This document shows positions 13,361 to 26,337 of a DNA stretch of 64,000 bases, one piece after another. The stretch's first letter is position 1; each line of letters begins with the position of its first letter. The notes under the pieces are model-generated. The model saw only the letters and a list, made by a program, of their open reading frames with translations. It did not search any database and was not told the DNA's origin. The position numbers were made by a program, and so were the translations under genes. The stretch comes from Cetorhinus maximus (lineage: Eukaryota). Location of the stretch: positions 103,230,001-103,294,000 of the forward strand of contig NC_135883.1 of assembly GCF_964194155.1 (NCBI RefSeq), given 5' to 3'.

Positions 13361-15519
13361 GATCGCGGGCGGTGGGCAGTTTCCCAGCCGCTCCCGGGCC
13401 TGCCCACCGCGCTTGCCCGACAACCTGAAAACCTTGCCCCTGATCTTAGTCTCCAACCTGTTTTACCTCTTACTATTGTTTAACATCTTCACTCGTGTGA
13501 AGTACCATGGGATGTTGTAGTTCTAAAGTACAAACAGCTGCAGAAGTTCCTTTTATACTCCTCCCATGATTTGTCTTAATTCTAATCCTGAAAAAGCACA
13601 AGCTTCATTACACCAGTGTGACATGTTCATTTCTAACGACAGCTATTCTTATACAAGTCTGCTATCTCATCAGTCTAGGTTATATTCTATCTTAGACATA
13701 AAGGTGAGAGAGAGACACCTTTTGTATGCTTACAGAATTCTGACTGCCATTCAACATCAAGTGAATCAGATTAATTGACCTGTTCAGTTGCTGCTGTAAA
13801 AAGTCCACATTTCTGTAATGGTAAGCATAAACCCTTTGAAAACTAATGTGTAACACAGATTGGTAAGTGTGACTCAAACTGATAAACAGTACAATGCAAT
13901 TTACAAAGCTGGGGATGTAAATTCTGTGGCAAATCTTCCGATCATCCACAGTAGCTTCAGTCGGAGATTGGCAAAAACCCTGGAGAAATGGTATAAATGG
14001 TCAGTTATGTTATAGCTCTAGTTTCCACTGATCTTCTCCTGAAGTTATGGTGAGCAATAAAGAGAACACACAAAGTAATTCCAAGCATTAATGTTTATAG
14101 AAGGATTGTTTTGAAGAATGAATGCAGTAGAGAAATGAAAAATCTGACTTGTGCCCAAAACAGGCATAAGATTGGCAGAGTGGTGGCTTTAGGCACCTGA
14201 CCGTGGTAACCTGAGGTCTGAGCCAAAGTTGGCTTTCAGCCTCATTTAAAAGTTTCTACCACCAAATGGGCATCCTACTGCAGTTAGCTGGCCTGGGACA
14301 GTAGGAAATCAGCGGGCTCCCATGCTGAGCTATTGGGAGGATGGCTTTGAGGGAGGGCGGAACTAGGAATGGGGGTGTGGGAGTAGTGGTGTACAGGGGC
14401 CCAATACTTTTAAAATGGGATGAAATATCTTGTGGGATGAGGAAGGACATTCTTACTTCTCCAGGATTCACAAAAGCAAATTCTGAAATTTCCCAGGGCT
14501 CTTTTTTGTTTAGCCTTTAAAAGGTCCCTTTAAGTAGTAATGCTTAGACCCCTCCATGCCTGATACAACTAGGTGGAACATTAAGGGAGCAAGCTCTGCC
14601 CATTTGCATTGAATTGCTTTGGGGACCCTCCAACCAACCCAGGGCTTCGATTTGCATCTTGAAGTAGCATAACAGCTATTTTAGGCAGGTGCTCCAGATG
14701 ACTAAAATTCACCTGAACCATTATGGCATCCAATGCTATTTCAGCATAGCTTGGCCACAGCAGAATGTAACACAATATTCGGAGGTAACAGCAGCAGAAA
14801 ACCTGCAGCCATGAATTGAAATTCTCCTCCACTGATTTTAAACAAAATAAATGAAAAGAACAATTGTAAATGCTGGGAGACTGAAATAAAAACACTAATG
14901 CTGAAAGCAGCAGGTCCTTCAGCATCTGTTTAAGAGAACAGGCAGGTTAAAGGTCTCGGTGTAGACACTTCACCAGTTCCAATGGAAGATCTGTACTTAG
15001 AATGTTATGTTGTCTGTTTTTCTTCAAAGTGCTTTTGGATCTCCTTCCATTTCTAGCATATTTGGTCTGTACAGATTTCTGGAACTATACAACTTTAAAT
15101 ATTTGGCAGCTGTGCTGCTTACATATTGAAACTAATCAGCTACTCAGCACAAAGTGTCAAAAACAGGTACATAAAATAAAGCCATTCATTATTGCATTCT
15201 TTATGGTTGCATGTCTTCACTTTGTGTACCTTTTAAACTGACTGCAGCAATTTCAATTTAATGGTTTCTTAGACTTGGGCTTTGGTGGAATGATGCAGGA
15301 TAATCAATAAAAACAAAGCGAGAAGCATAGCACATAACTCATTAGAAACCTTGTTTCTGCATTAAATTATTGCCATGTTTAGTATTGCAAAGTTTAAAGT
15401 GGGAGAAAGGAAGGACAAAATATAATTCAACAAGACAGAGCTGCAGCGAATGAAAAAATATTTGGGGAAAGAAAGGCCCAAGTGCTTCTAAGAGCTGAAG
15501 GGTTAGTTAGTATACTTAC

Positions 15520-15575
15520 AATGGAAATAGAGCTCTTCATCCCCCTCTTGCTCAGCTTTGCTGTAGCCACAGTGT
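15520..15575 (-). CDS. EPHA7: EphA7 exon 9 (56 nt), proximal juxtamembrane
   Basis: (R)HCGYSKAEQEGDEELYFH(F); acceptor CAG 15576-15578, donor GTAAGT 15519-15514; phases 2/1 fit neighbours. Not in the ORF track. Confidence 0.96.
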
Positions 15576-15930
15576 CTGAATAAGAAAATGAGACAATTCA
15601 TTAATGTTAATACATCTTTGATATACACCAGCTTCAGTTGCTGAGTACAGATGCCAGCACCTGCTACGGGACCAACAGATCAAACTTACTGTTCAGCATA
15701 AGATTCTCAGATCCAGCGTCCAGTGTGCACTTGTTATTCAATCACTCTTGGACATGGCATCTCTGACTTTAATAATCTTTATTAATGCACAAGTGTATAT
15801 TACACTATTTTTGTTGTTCATGTTCATGCATATCTTGTACACTAGAATAAATATTTTGTGCCTGTATTGTACTCTATTGTAAAGTATGGATATTTTGCCC
15901 ATGTGCTAAATCTACTGGATGGATATTCTG

Positions 15931-16110
15931 GGGTGAAATTCAACTCTGGCAGCGACACAAAATGGTTGGTAACAGATCAGCTGCGCATTGTATACTTTGT
16001 CCAATTTGTCCCTACATTGAAATCAATGAGAGAAATTCAGGCACATTGTAAAATGAGGGACTGATTTGCTACCATCCATTTTATGCTCTCATATAAGTTT
16101 AATTTCACCC
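15931..16110. mobile_element. Small hairpin MITE
   Basis: Perfect TIR GGGTGAAATT / AATTTCACCC plus internal imperfect inverted arms. Confidence 0.7.
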
Positions 16111-17963
16111 ATGAGCATTATTGTACAGTCTGATATGTTGTGTACTATTGTGTATTGCAAACTATTATATGATATTGTACAATCTGATGCTTGATGCTTG
16201 TACCTTGATTTGAGCTATTGTAGAGTAAGGATATCTTTTGCCTGCATTGTATGCTGTTATGTAGCATGAGTGTTCTATACTGTGCACTAATGTACAAGTT
16301 GGAAACTTATTATGCGGGGTGATAGTGTTTATGCTTATACAGGATATGGCAAGATTTAAACTTTCTGATTCGCAAAAGTCAGTTTGTGTTGCTTTATTAT
16401 ATGTTATTACATAGAATTATACTATACAGTAGAGTGAAGCGTGGAAAAGAACAGACCTGGGAGAGCTGGGTTCAAGTTACAAAATCAGAGAAAAATAATC
16501 TAAACTTGCCAAAATACAAATCTTGGAAGTTTGCAGGCAGTAGATTAAATATATCATTTTATGAACAGGTAATGACACTGTACAATATCATTATATATAT
16601 ATATAAAGTATGAATAGTTGATGAGTTCGTATCTAAATCCTCACTGTTTATCTTAATGGAGCCAATAATGCAAAGGTTGGAAATGTTGAGAGTTCTCACA
16701 GTAATGCATAATTTCCAAGCAAATAAAATGCTATATCTACCCAGTGCACCTGTGGGATACACAGTGGCATATTAGAAAAAGCAGATGATATTTTTCTAAG
16801 GCAGTATTTCTGACACACATCATCCTTACTCTGCCTGTGCCTTTATGTCACCCAGTCATTTGCCTGCGTTATTAACCTGCAAAGCATCAGATACAGTGCA
16901 AGACAATTACCATAAGCAAGAAAAGTACAATAACAACTTACATTTCTATCGCTCTCCTCGCGTAAGGAAAACATCTCAGAATGCTTCACACGGTGGAAGA
17001 AAGATGAACATCAAGCAGGAGAGAAAGGGAAACAGTAGTTTAGGGGTGAGGGCTAAAAGCATGGTGGAACAGAAAGGTTTTTAGGAGGCATTTTAAAGAA
17101 AGGGAAAGAGTGCCAAGACAGAAGGTTTTAGAGATGATGGAACAGAGGGCAGTGGCAGGTGGTGCTGTGGGAGCTGAGGAGAGTGGGCTCTGCTGTATCA
17201 AATTTAAGCTGAAGGAAACTTCAACTCCTGCAGATGTTATTACTAGCTGATTGTGTTGATGCTGGAAGCAAAGAGGTAAAAAAGAAAAGAAAGACTTGCA
17301 TTTATTTAGTGCCTTTCATGACCTCAGGACATCCCAAAGCATTTTACAGCCAATGAAGTACTTCTGAAGTAGAGCTGAACGCTTGTGGAGATTGACGCTA
17401 TATCTGTAGATAATATCACCAAAGAATAACATATCAATGGCATAAATAACAAAGAGGTGGGAGTCAAGAATGGGGTCCTGAGGTATACTTGTGGTAATTG
17501 TACAGACATGAAAGAAGAAATTATTGGAAGAAATGAAACTTCTGTCTTATAATAGCTTGAGTTGTACCATGGGAGAGAGCCATGCCAAGGAAATGAATTG
17601 CAGAGAAAAGACATTGGAGGATATTACATATATCATATGCAACAAAAAACCATGGAACGAATTAAGTATGTGTATTGGGTTAGTTGATGGTTTAATTCTT
17701 ACATTTATAACCATATGAAGACTATGAACATCTCTATTTGCACTGGCTATGCATTATTCTAGTTAGCTGATTTGACTTCCTGCTATTGCAGCATGATTGG
17801 TAAAAGTTTAAGGCCTTCAGAGCGGGCTGTCATCATCTACCCAGCAATCAGACATATTGCAATCATCTCCTCTCCCACAATAGGATTTACTTTAATTGTA
17901 CACAGCACGATCACGTACCCCTCGATCGTGTGCCCCACGTCTGCATGTTCCTTAGTTCCATAC

Positions 17964-18072
17964 CTTCGTCCAATAATGAAGCCAAACACCATGAAGACCA
18001 GGATGATGGTCCCTGCTACGGCAACCACAGCAATGATAATGACTGGGTTCTGTTCAGTGGAAGCAGCTGTAG
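17964..18072 (-). CDS. EPHA7: EphA7 exon 8 (109 nt), transmembrane helix
   Basis: (A)TAASTEQNPVIIIAVVAVAGTIILVFMVFGFIIGR(R); this TM segment is diagnostic of EphA7; acceptor TAG 18073-18075, donor GTATG 17963-17959. Confidence 0.98.
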
Positions 18073-21018
18073 CTAGGAACAGAATGGGAAACATTTCAAA
18101 TCAGGATGGCTGAGATCACAGCAGGATAATATTTCACAAAATACTGGGAGTAAAAGAAATCTCCAGGTGCACAAAAGAAGTTAACATAACTCAGTGTAAT
18201 CAATGTAGCTTTTCTTGGAAAAGAGATCAGCTTCTGTATTGTCTGACAGTCTAGTTTTAGAATCTATTATTCTGTTCATGAGGACGCAACAGGTGTGCAT
18301 CTGATTTTCCACAATTTACATGCATCCTGAATAGATGCTTAAACCTGTGATATTATTGAAATGTTTGGTCAAGAAAGTAAGAACTTCCTGTTTGCAAATA
18401 ATTTTATAATCTATTGACAAATCTGAAGAATCCCCCACCTCCTGCTTGAAATTCTCTCGTATAATCCTGTATTTCAACTGATCAGTTTAGCAGCTATTGA
18501 AAGGACTGAAGTGGACTTGCAGCCTTAAGGGTGTAACACAGACAGAGTTTTGCTGTTAATGTAATCAGAAATTTCTTAGTTGCAAATTAAAATGAGCCTG
18601 GCCAAATATGTCTTTAAGAGGAGTGTACAGAGGCAGAAAACTGATACTATTAGTGAATAATGAGGTGTCAAATTGACCCATTTAAATCATAAATATTTTA
18701 GCATCCACAGGCAAAGGATGGAGCAAAACTCCTTCTATTAGATTACTCACATTTATCTTTAATTAATTACTGTCAATGTGATTTGTTATGTTTCTCATTC
18801 CATAGTCAAAACACTCAATGTAGGCTGCCAGAAGTACAAACTAAGGGTAAATATTGTAAATGAAGATTGAAGCGATATAAATTGATGTTGCACAGAGTTC
18901 AATTTATACAAGATCTATGGATTTGATTATGCCTTCTATCTTTAGTGTATAGAGAGAAAAAGGTTATCAAAACACCAGCGTATCAAAGAGCGAGTGGTGA
19001 CTACTTTGGCCAAATGATCAAGAACAGCTAATAAACATTCGCGAAGGAACCTTCATCCACTGGTCTGAATGGACCAAAATTGCATGGATGAAATAAGAAT
19101 TACCTTTATTAGATACAGAACAATACCACAGTAAAAGAAAACGAGGGATGTGTGGATTCTGACTTAATGAAATTCTAGATCCAAATAGACCATGGTGAAA
19201 TACTGCTATTCTGGGAGAGTGGTTAACACGTGGAAAAATTTTGCTGTGCTGACAACCTTGGAGATCTGTGCAGCTTTGACAGCTAAACAGCAGGCATTTG
19301 TTTATTTGAACCCAAATGAATCATCATTTGAGGCCTGAATATTTGCGGGCATGGAGAGAGTCTTTGCCTTAGCCAAAATGGCACCAATACCTCGATTTTG
19401 GAAGTCCTGCTACCGAACCCGTCACATATCAATTTCATTGGGGGTGTGTGAGTGGGGGCAAGGGGGGCGGGGGGGCACGGTGAATGGCGGCGAGTTGTAA
19501 TTTTCACAATTGTGGTTCACAGAGGTAGCTGCACATAAGAAAGTGCAGCTGCCATCAAACAAATCCGATTTTCATTAGTGGGATGCCCAAAATACGACTT
19601 GTGGGCTTTACACTTTTCAGAAAGAGGTCTAAACTTACCAGAGTTCTTTGGAGAGGTAGGGTACTATTTTGGAGAGGTAAGGTGCCTTCTGGGGTTGTTA
19701 AAATCAGACATGAATATGCACAACAAGTAGGTAAACTCATTGGAACTGTCAACCTGTCAAGGCATTTAAATCTGGTCTTTAAATGTTAAAATAAAAAAAA
19801 CATCCTGTAGTTAATAAAAGTCAGTGCTTATTATTTCACCTGCTCTGTTAACCTAATTATAAGATTTGTGCTGCATGACTGATTTCACAACCTATCATTA
19901 TCACAGCGGGGTGCCTGTCAGTTCACAGTTTGGGTGAAATTTTCTGCGCCTGCTGGCGGTGGGCATGATTGGTGACAAGGCAGACAATATGGCGCGATCG
20001 GTTTCACGATGACCGGAATGCAGGTCGCGAGTATCCACTCAGCTGCTGACGGTGGGCTGCATTCAGTCATTGGGAACCTCATTGTAATACATCAGCACAT
20101 CATTATGAGGCCATCCTGTCAGACTCTTGCACGCCCGCTGGATCGTCCATCCAAGGGATAGCACGCCGACGTGTTTCACAACAGCACAGAGGCAACGTGC
20201 ATTTGGCAGCCTGCATTTTGGGTGAACTGGAGGTGAGTGCACAGCAACGATATGCAGAGCTTGTCAGTATTGCCTATTGCTTTGCAGACTTCAGGGGCAT
20301 CGTAAAGTCGGGTTAAGTTCTGCCTTGCCTATGGGATGACCTTTGAGGGTGAGGGGGAGTGGAGGGACAAATGCAGCTTTGCCGTTGAGGCGACTTATGA
20401 AGGGGGGGGGTGGGGCAGGTGCAGCCCTGCCTCTGAGGCAACTGGTGATGGAGTGGGGGGTCAAGGGCAGCCCTGCCATTGAATATGGCGCGCAAGCATT
20501 CAGGGTGGGGGACGGGAGTGGGTGAGGGAAGTGGCCACGCATTCGAGAAACCTGTAGAAAGTGACCATTCCTTTGCAAATGAGACAGCTCAGGCGTAGCC
20601 ACATTGGTATGATTGGAGTTGGGCTCCTACCTTATCTGCCCACTCAAGCAATGCAGAGGCATCAAAGTGCCACCAAGTTCTCCAGAGCTCCCCCCTCCAC
20701 CCCCCAATCACAGACTGCAAATTCTTGAGCACTTAAGTGGACTGCAGAGCAGTTGGACTGCGCACATTGTACAATCTCCTCGCTAAAGCAGTCACTGCTG
20801 GAGGTGCTCACAGCCCCTTGCAACGTCAGCATCCTGGTTTGGACCAGTCTCTCTCATGGCTCAAGCTAACAGGGCAGCCATGCAGTGCACTAATCTCTGG
20901 CCAGCACTCTCCAGGAAGTGTTAAGTGGTCATCACACTTAACCAGGATAAGTTCTTAGTACAGCCATGCTAACCACGTGTCTCTCTCTTTCATCCTGCAG
21001 GAAAAGTATATCAGGATC

Positions 21019-22248
21019 ATGGAGCCTGTGAACGAGCTGTATCCCTGAGGCCTACAGAGCGCGAAGAAGATGGAGGAGAAAGCAACTGAGGCTCGTGGCT
21101 GTCCAGAGGCAGGAGCAGCAGCCTCAGGAAGAAGGGGCAGCTGGGGCTCCCGCACATGCCACCCAAGAGTCACAGTGAACCATCGCAGGCCGGCGCCTAG
21201 CAATATCCAGTTTCTATAAACGCCGCCTTTCATTCCTGACCGAGAACCAGTGTCGCCGAAGACTGCAAGTGTCTAGGGAACTGGTTGCTCACATCTGCTC
21301 GTTACTGCAGGATTTGGCACCGCAGGAACATGGAGGGCATCCACTGCCAGTGGCTGTGAAAGTGACCGTGGCGCTCAATTTTTATGCCAGTGGCTCCTTT
21401 CAGGGCTCCACAGGTGACCTCTGTGGGATCTCTCAAGCCTCCACCAAAAAATACATCCATGAGGTCACAGAGGCCATCTTTGAGAGGGCACACAACTTTG
21501 TGCAATTCGCCTGGGACCAGGACAGCCAGGATGCAAGAACGATTGGATTCACCCAGATCTCGGGTTCCCCACATGTGCAGGGTGCGATTGACTGCACTCA
21601 CGTGGCGTTTAGATCTCCTTCGCAACACAGGGTGAACTACATCAACCGTAAGGGGTTCCATTCGCTGAATGTGCAGCTGGTATGTGACCACCAGAAACGC
21701 ATTCTGCAGGTCTGCGCAGTTTCCAGGGACTGTGCACGACGCCTGCATCCTCAGTTGGTCACAGATCCTTGAAGTCTTCCAGGATCCACAGAGGCTGCAG
21801 GGTTGGCTCCTTGGGGACAAAGGCTACCTGCAGAGGCCGTGGCTGATGACACCCATGCGGAGGCCTCAGACTGCAGCAGAGCGATGGTATAATGAGGCTC
21901 ATGCAGCAGCTCGCACCTTGGCGGAGCAGACCATCGGGATGCTGAAGATGAAGTTCCAGTGCCTGGACTGGTCTGGTGGAGCCACGCAAGAGGGTGTCAC
22001 GAATCTTCGTTGCCTGCTGTGCCCTGCATAACCTGGCGTTCCAACAGGGAGACGAGCTGACTGAGGAGGAGATGGAGGATCTGCGTATCTCCTCTGATGA
22101 AGACGACGCTGATGGGGATGAGGCTGAGGAGGTCCTCAGAGGTGACGATGATAGGGATGAGGCCCTTGCACTGGCTAGATGAGGCAGGCGTGGTCAGGAG
22201 GCCCTCAGAGGTGCTAGATTTGTAGAGGATGATGACGACATGCGGTGA
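21019..22248 (+). pseudogene. Harbinger transposase (HARBI1-like DDE), frameshifted
   Basis: Motifs GAIDCTHV, YINRKGFHSLNVQLVCD, FPGTVHDACIL, LLGDKGY, AEQTIGMLKMKF, ACCALHNLA across three frames; putative 5'UTR intron 20233-21000 (GTGAGT...pyrimidine tract CTGCAG). Confidence 0.93.
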
Positions 22249-22949
22249 GGTGACCCCATAGATCCTCACATTGCACCTGTGAATGTTTGATTCCAGTCTG
22301 GCTTATGGCAAACCACATGACCTCTGTGAGAATGCTCTGTCATGGAGAGGCGGCAGAGGCCCTAATAGTCATTCCACTGCAGGGGGATGATGACGATATA
22401 CATTGACGATACTCCATAAATCTTCACACAGCTTCTGAGAATGTCTGACTCCTGTGTGGCCAAGGGCAGCTCGCTTGCGCTCTGTGATCAGGGTCATATC
22501 ATAGAGATGCAGCCATGAAACTTTAGAAGCATCTGATGCTTTGTCTGCCTTCAGCACCTTAGCCCTTCAGGAGTTGGAGCACAGCTTCACCAGTCACAGA
22601 TGCTGAAGAGATGGAGGCCAGCCCCTCCTTATAGGTGCTGAGAGCACACAGAGAGAATGAGAGAACTCTGTGGTGCCTGCCCCCTACATTCTGGCAGCAA
22701 TGACAAGCACCATCAAGGTGCGCAGGCATCAGTAATGTCTCCAGGGAGTGTGAGGCCGGACCATCACTTTAGTCTGAAGGCTGCACAGAGCACAGGGAAG
22801 ATGCCCTGGACTGAGCCTGACATTAACACCCGTGCCCAGGCTGTGCAACTAATTCTCCTTAACTGTCCTAACCCTGCTGCTACGTCTTGGTGCTCCCCAG
22901 ACATCCACAGTGGAGGTGGAGGCAGCCTGCTGACTGTGACGCCCTGTCT

Positions 22950-24543
22950 GTGATAACTTTGGCAGGCGTCTCCTGGAGGGCTAAGGCTTAGAGGGCCCCA
23001 GCCTGCTTTCAGGGTCCTGCTATCTGGCAGTGGTACTCTCCTCAGCCTGTGGAGCTAGAGCTGCTGAGGTCACAGGAAGAGGGTAGTCGGATGGGTCGGA
23101 CACTCTCGGAGTCACCTGGATGGATGGTCCTGAAGTGTGCACCTGTGGATCCTCCTCTCAAGGGTGCCCGGGAGCCCCAGGCTGAATCCTTGAGAAGCAG
23201 GGGTAGCTGGAGTGAGACCAAGCTGCCCAGCACCCCTCTTGCATACAAATTGTTGGAGGCCAACTAAGGCATCAGCGCTGGAGTTGAGCCTGTGCAGCTG
23301 TGCAGGACCAAGGTCTCCATGGTGGCCACTATCCTACCAGTGTTGACATCGGTGCATTGACATGCCAGTGCTATAGCCTCAGACTGAAGGCAGACCGACT
23401 CCTTCATCGTGCCTTGAAATCTGAGGAATGCAGCGGACATCCCTTCCTGATGTTCCCAAACTTGCCTTTGCAGCTCCAGCAACTGTGACGTGACCGAGTC
23501 CAGAGGCTCGTCATCTGACTTCGACTCAGCATATTTCTGGTCTCCAGCAGTCCTCCAAGTGTCGGGCACCTGGGAAGTCCCTACCGCCGCCTGCAGTGGA
23601 TCAGACAGTGTGATGTGCTCACCAGATTGTGATCCCAGGGTTACTCTAAAGCTAGGTCCCATCGAGGTGTGTGTGTCTCTGCTCTAGTGGAGGGTGTGGG
23701 TGAGCACTGTGACGGGACTTTAGGGAGGGTGCCTTCAGATTCCTCTTCAGAGGTTGATTGGAGGCTTGATTGGAGACTCTGGGTCATGGGCTCCGTCAGC
23801 TGTTTGGCAGATGTGCCTGTGAAAGCAAGGAGAGATAATTAGTGCACGGCAGTGGCCTGTGAAAGAGGACACATCACTCAATGCATGATTGTCTGATGGA
23901 TATTGCACTGCTGGGTCCTCACTTTGTAGAGCAGCGCCGACCTCACCGTCAGCACAGGACCAGTCCAGATCCTCGCCGGCCAGCTGGATGGCTCTGTTTT
24001 CAAAGTCCGTGAGGAGCTTGACTTCAAGCATTCCTCCACCGGTCTGCAACCTCCCTCTCTTGTTGTGTGCCAGCTTGTCCTGCATGGACAGAGATGGAGA
24101 AAGTGTAAGCAGGATGCCTACTGGGCCAGATGATAAATGTGCCTGGCCTGTGTGGGTGGTGAGTGGTCCCATGGACAGGATGAGGACAATGATGGTGAGT
24201 ATGAGAGAGTGAATGGTGATGTCCCATGAACTGGCAGTGAGTGAGGTCATTGTGGATGTGTGCTGGGTTTGTGAGTATGTGAGTTGAGAGTGATGAAAAG
24301 AGTGGCTTACCCTGGCAGAACAGAGATCATCATTCATCTTCTTGTGGCACTGGGTGGCTGTCCTCTTCTCAAGGGAGTTGGTGCTGACCACCGCTGCCAC
24401 CGCCTCCCAAGCCGAATTGGTCACGTTGCTGCCCATCCTGCGGTCAGAGCAGGGGTACAGGAGATCCTGGTGGGCCTCCATGGCATCCAGCAGTTGCTCG
24501 AGAGTCCCACCATTAAACCAGTCTTTTTGTCTTTGAGGGCCGT
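22950..24543 (-). pseudogene. Harbinger Myb/SANT-like DNA-binding gene, three exons (24543-24311, 24079-23923, 23816-~22950)
   Basis: FNGGTLEQLLDAMEAHQDLLY...AWEAVAAVV...RTATQCHKKMND then DKLAHNKRGRLQTGGG; GT-AG introns seen; start codon is ACG where paralogs have ATG; 3' end approximate. Confidence 0.85.
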
Positions 24544-26337
24544 GTCTCCCGGGCAACGGTGGTGAGCTGGAAGCAATGATTGCTGTGCTTGCGGCAGGCC
24601 TTTAAACGTGGTGCCAGTCGTGATGCAACCGTGGGGTGATGGCGGGTGGGTGAATGAGGAGCCTGCCTGCCATGGAAACAGCGCGAGTCCCAGGAGTGCA
24701 TAAATAATGAGGTGGGCTCGGGACAATAGGGCGTGAAAACCTGCCATCTCTGTCGGCGGGCAGCATGCCCGCTACTGCACTTAGTGCAAATTTGGAAACA
24801 TTCCGCCTTTTGAGAGCTTGTGAGGGCTGAGAGCTAGAGGGCTGTTTATTATTTGATCCTTTTTCTCCTGGGTCCCTGGGGCACAGAGGCCACACAGCCC
24901 GACTCCGCACCCAGCACCCTCTGTGGCTGCCTCCGCAACGCTTCTGGGATCAGCCTGCGCAACTGCTGTTAACAATTGCCCTGGAACGAAAATAAGAACA
25001 TTCGGGAAACTTTCTCCTGAGCTGGAAGCGCAGAGTCTTCCGGCTCAGGAGCAAAAATCCAGGCCTAAATCTTTTAGTGGCAAATTCACTTAACTGAAGT
25101 CAATTTAGATAACAGGACAACAGTTCCATTTCTACGGTGCTTCCAGAAGTCTTTCTTCACACCCACACAGCGATAATAAAGATATATTCAAAAAATGTAT
25201 GCATATTTTATTAATGCGCTTATAATTGTGGGCAGAAGCAAGATTATTTGGTCTTTTGCTGATTTTCTCCACTGAAACTAGGTCAAACTGCAATTCGCAA
25301 ATAATTCCTGCAGTAGCTAAACTTGGGTGTTTCTACAAGTCAGTCCATCTGGTGCCAGCTAACCACTTAATTGTGGAAATCTAGCTAGAGGACCTAAAGA
25401 TTCAGTCACAGACAATATGATTACTTACTGCCTTTAACTGCTCGCCATCGATACTGAATGCTTAAATTCCCAGTCCTCGCTTAGTTTGATTGCAAGGCGA
25501 AGAATGAGTGCCAGGGAGTAATGAAGTACTGCACTTATCATAAGCAGAGCAATTACAACAATGTTATCTAATTAAGAAAATCTAAGCTGATTGGAAAGCT
25601 AATAATATGCCCATGTGTAAGTGCAATGAAATACTAGAAAAGAGGACATCAATGAATTCTTAAAGGCTTCCTGGAAAGTGTCAGTCCCAAATGGGCTGAC
25701 CCCAACACTACAGGTGAAGGTTGAGCTTGAGGCAAGATTAGAAAATTACTGAGTTAATCTACTTATGTTGGTGGCAGATGAAGGGTGCCCATAGGAAATA
25801 AATAACGTTAAGGGAAATGATAGCTTAGTTAGGTAGGAGTCAATTACATTAGTTTGGAAACCTTAATTAAACAATGTTTAACCATTCCTTTTCTTGCTCT
25901 CATTGTACAGTTGTGACGTTGTTGTGAATATCAAATCAATCACCAAAAGAGTCCTGCCATTTAAAAATGGGCGTTAAAAAATCCATAGGAAGATGAGGAA
26001 ACCAGTCAAGGAGATTACATAAAATGATAAATGTGATGGCGTAATTCTGAGGCACACAATAGATGTTCTACTTTTAAACTGCTCTGAAACCATTCCTGCC
26101 CATTGAAAAATGTAACTGCATTTGTGAAATAAATGCAAGTTAATAAGTACCAAGAGAATAATCACATTGGCTCAATTGTTGAAAAGTGTTTTAAAATCCC
26201 AATGAGACAATAGCCTTAAAATCACTCCCTCGTATCTGATGGTATTTTGTTTACATTAACTATTGTGAAAGCTTAAAGGCATTATTGTTTGATTGACAGT
26301 CATTATGTGTAGTTATCAGAAAAACATTGAAGTATTA

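Larger units (their letters stand above)
19932..24808. mobile_element. Near full-length Harbinger DNA transposon (convergent transposase and Myb/SANT genes), inactivated
   Basis: Ends GGGTGAAAT / ATTCCGCCT flanked by TTT on both sides; both ends shared with derivatives at 8072 and 40712; two convergent genes. Confidence 0.92.
19332..25065. mobile_element. Outer MITE hosting the nested Harbinger
   Basis: TIRs GGCCTGAATATTTGC / GCAAAAATCCAGGCC with TGA/TAA flanks. Confidence 0.6.

Noticed and set aside
17837-17963. Open frame continuing about 41 codons past the exon 8 donor
   Set aside because: No recognisable motif or supporting second donor identified; compatible with chance.
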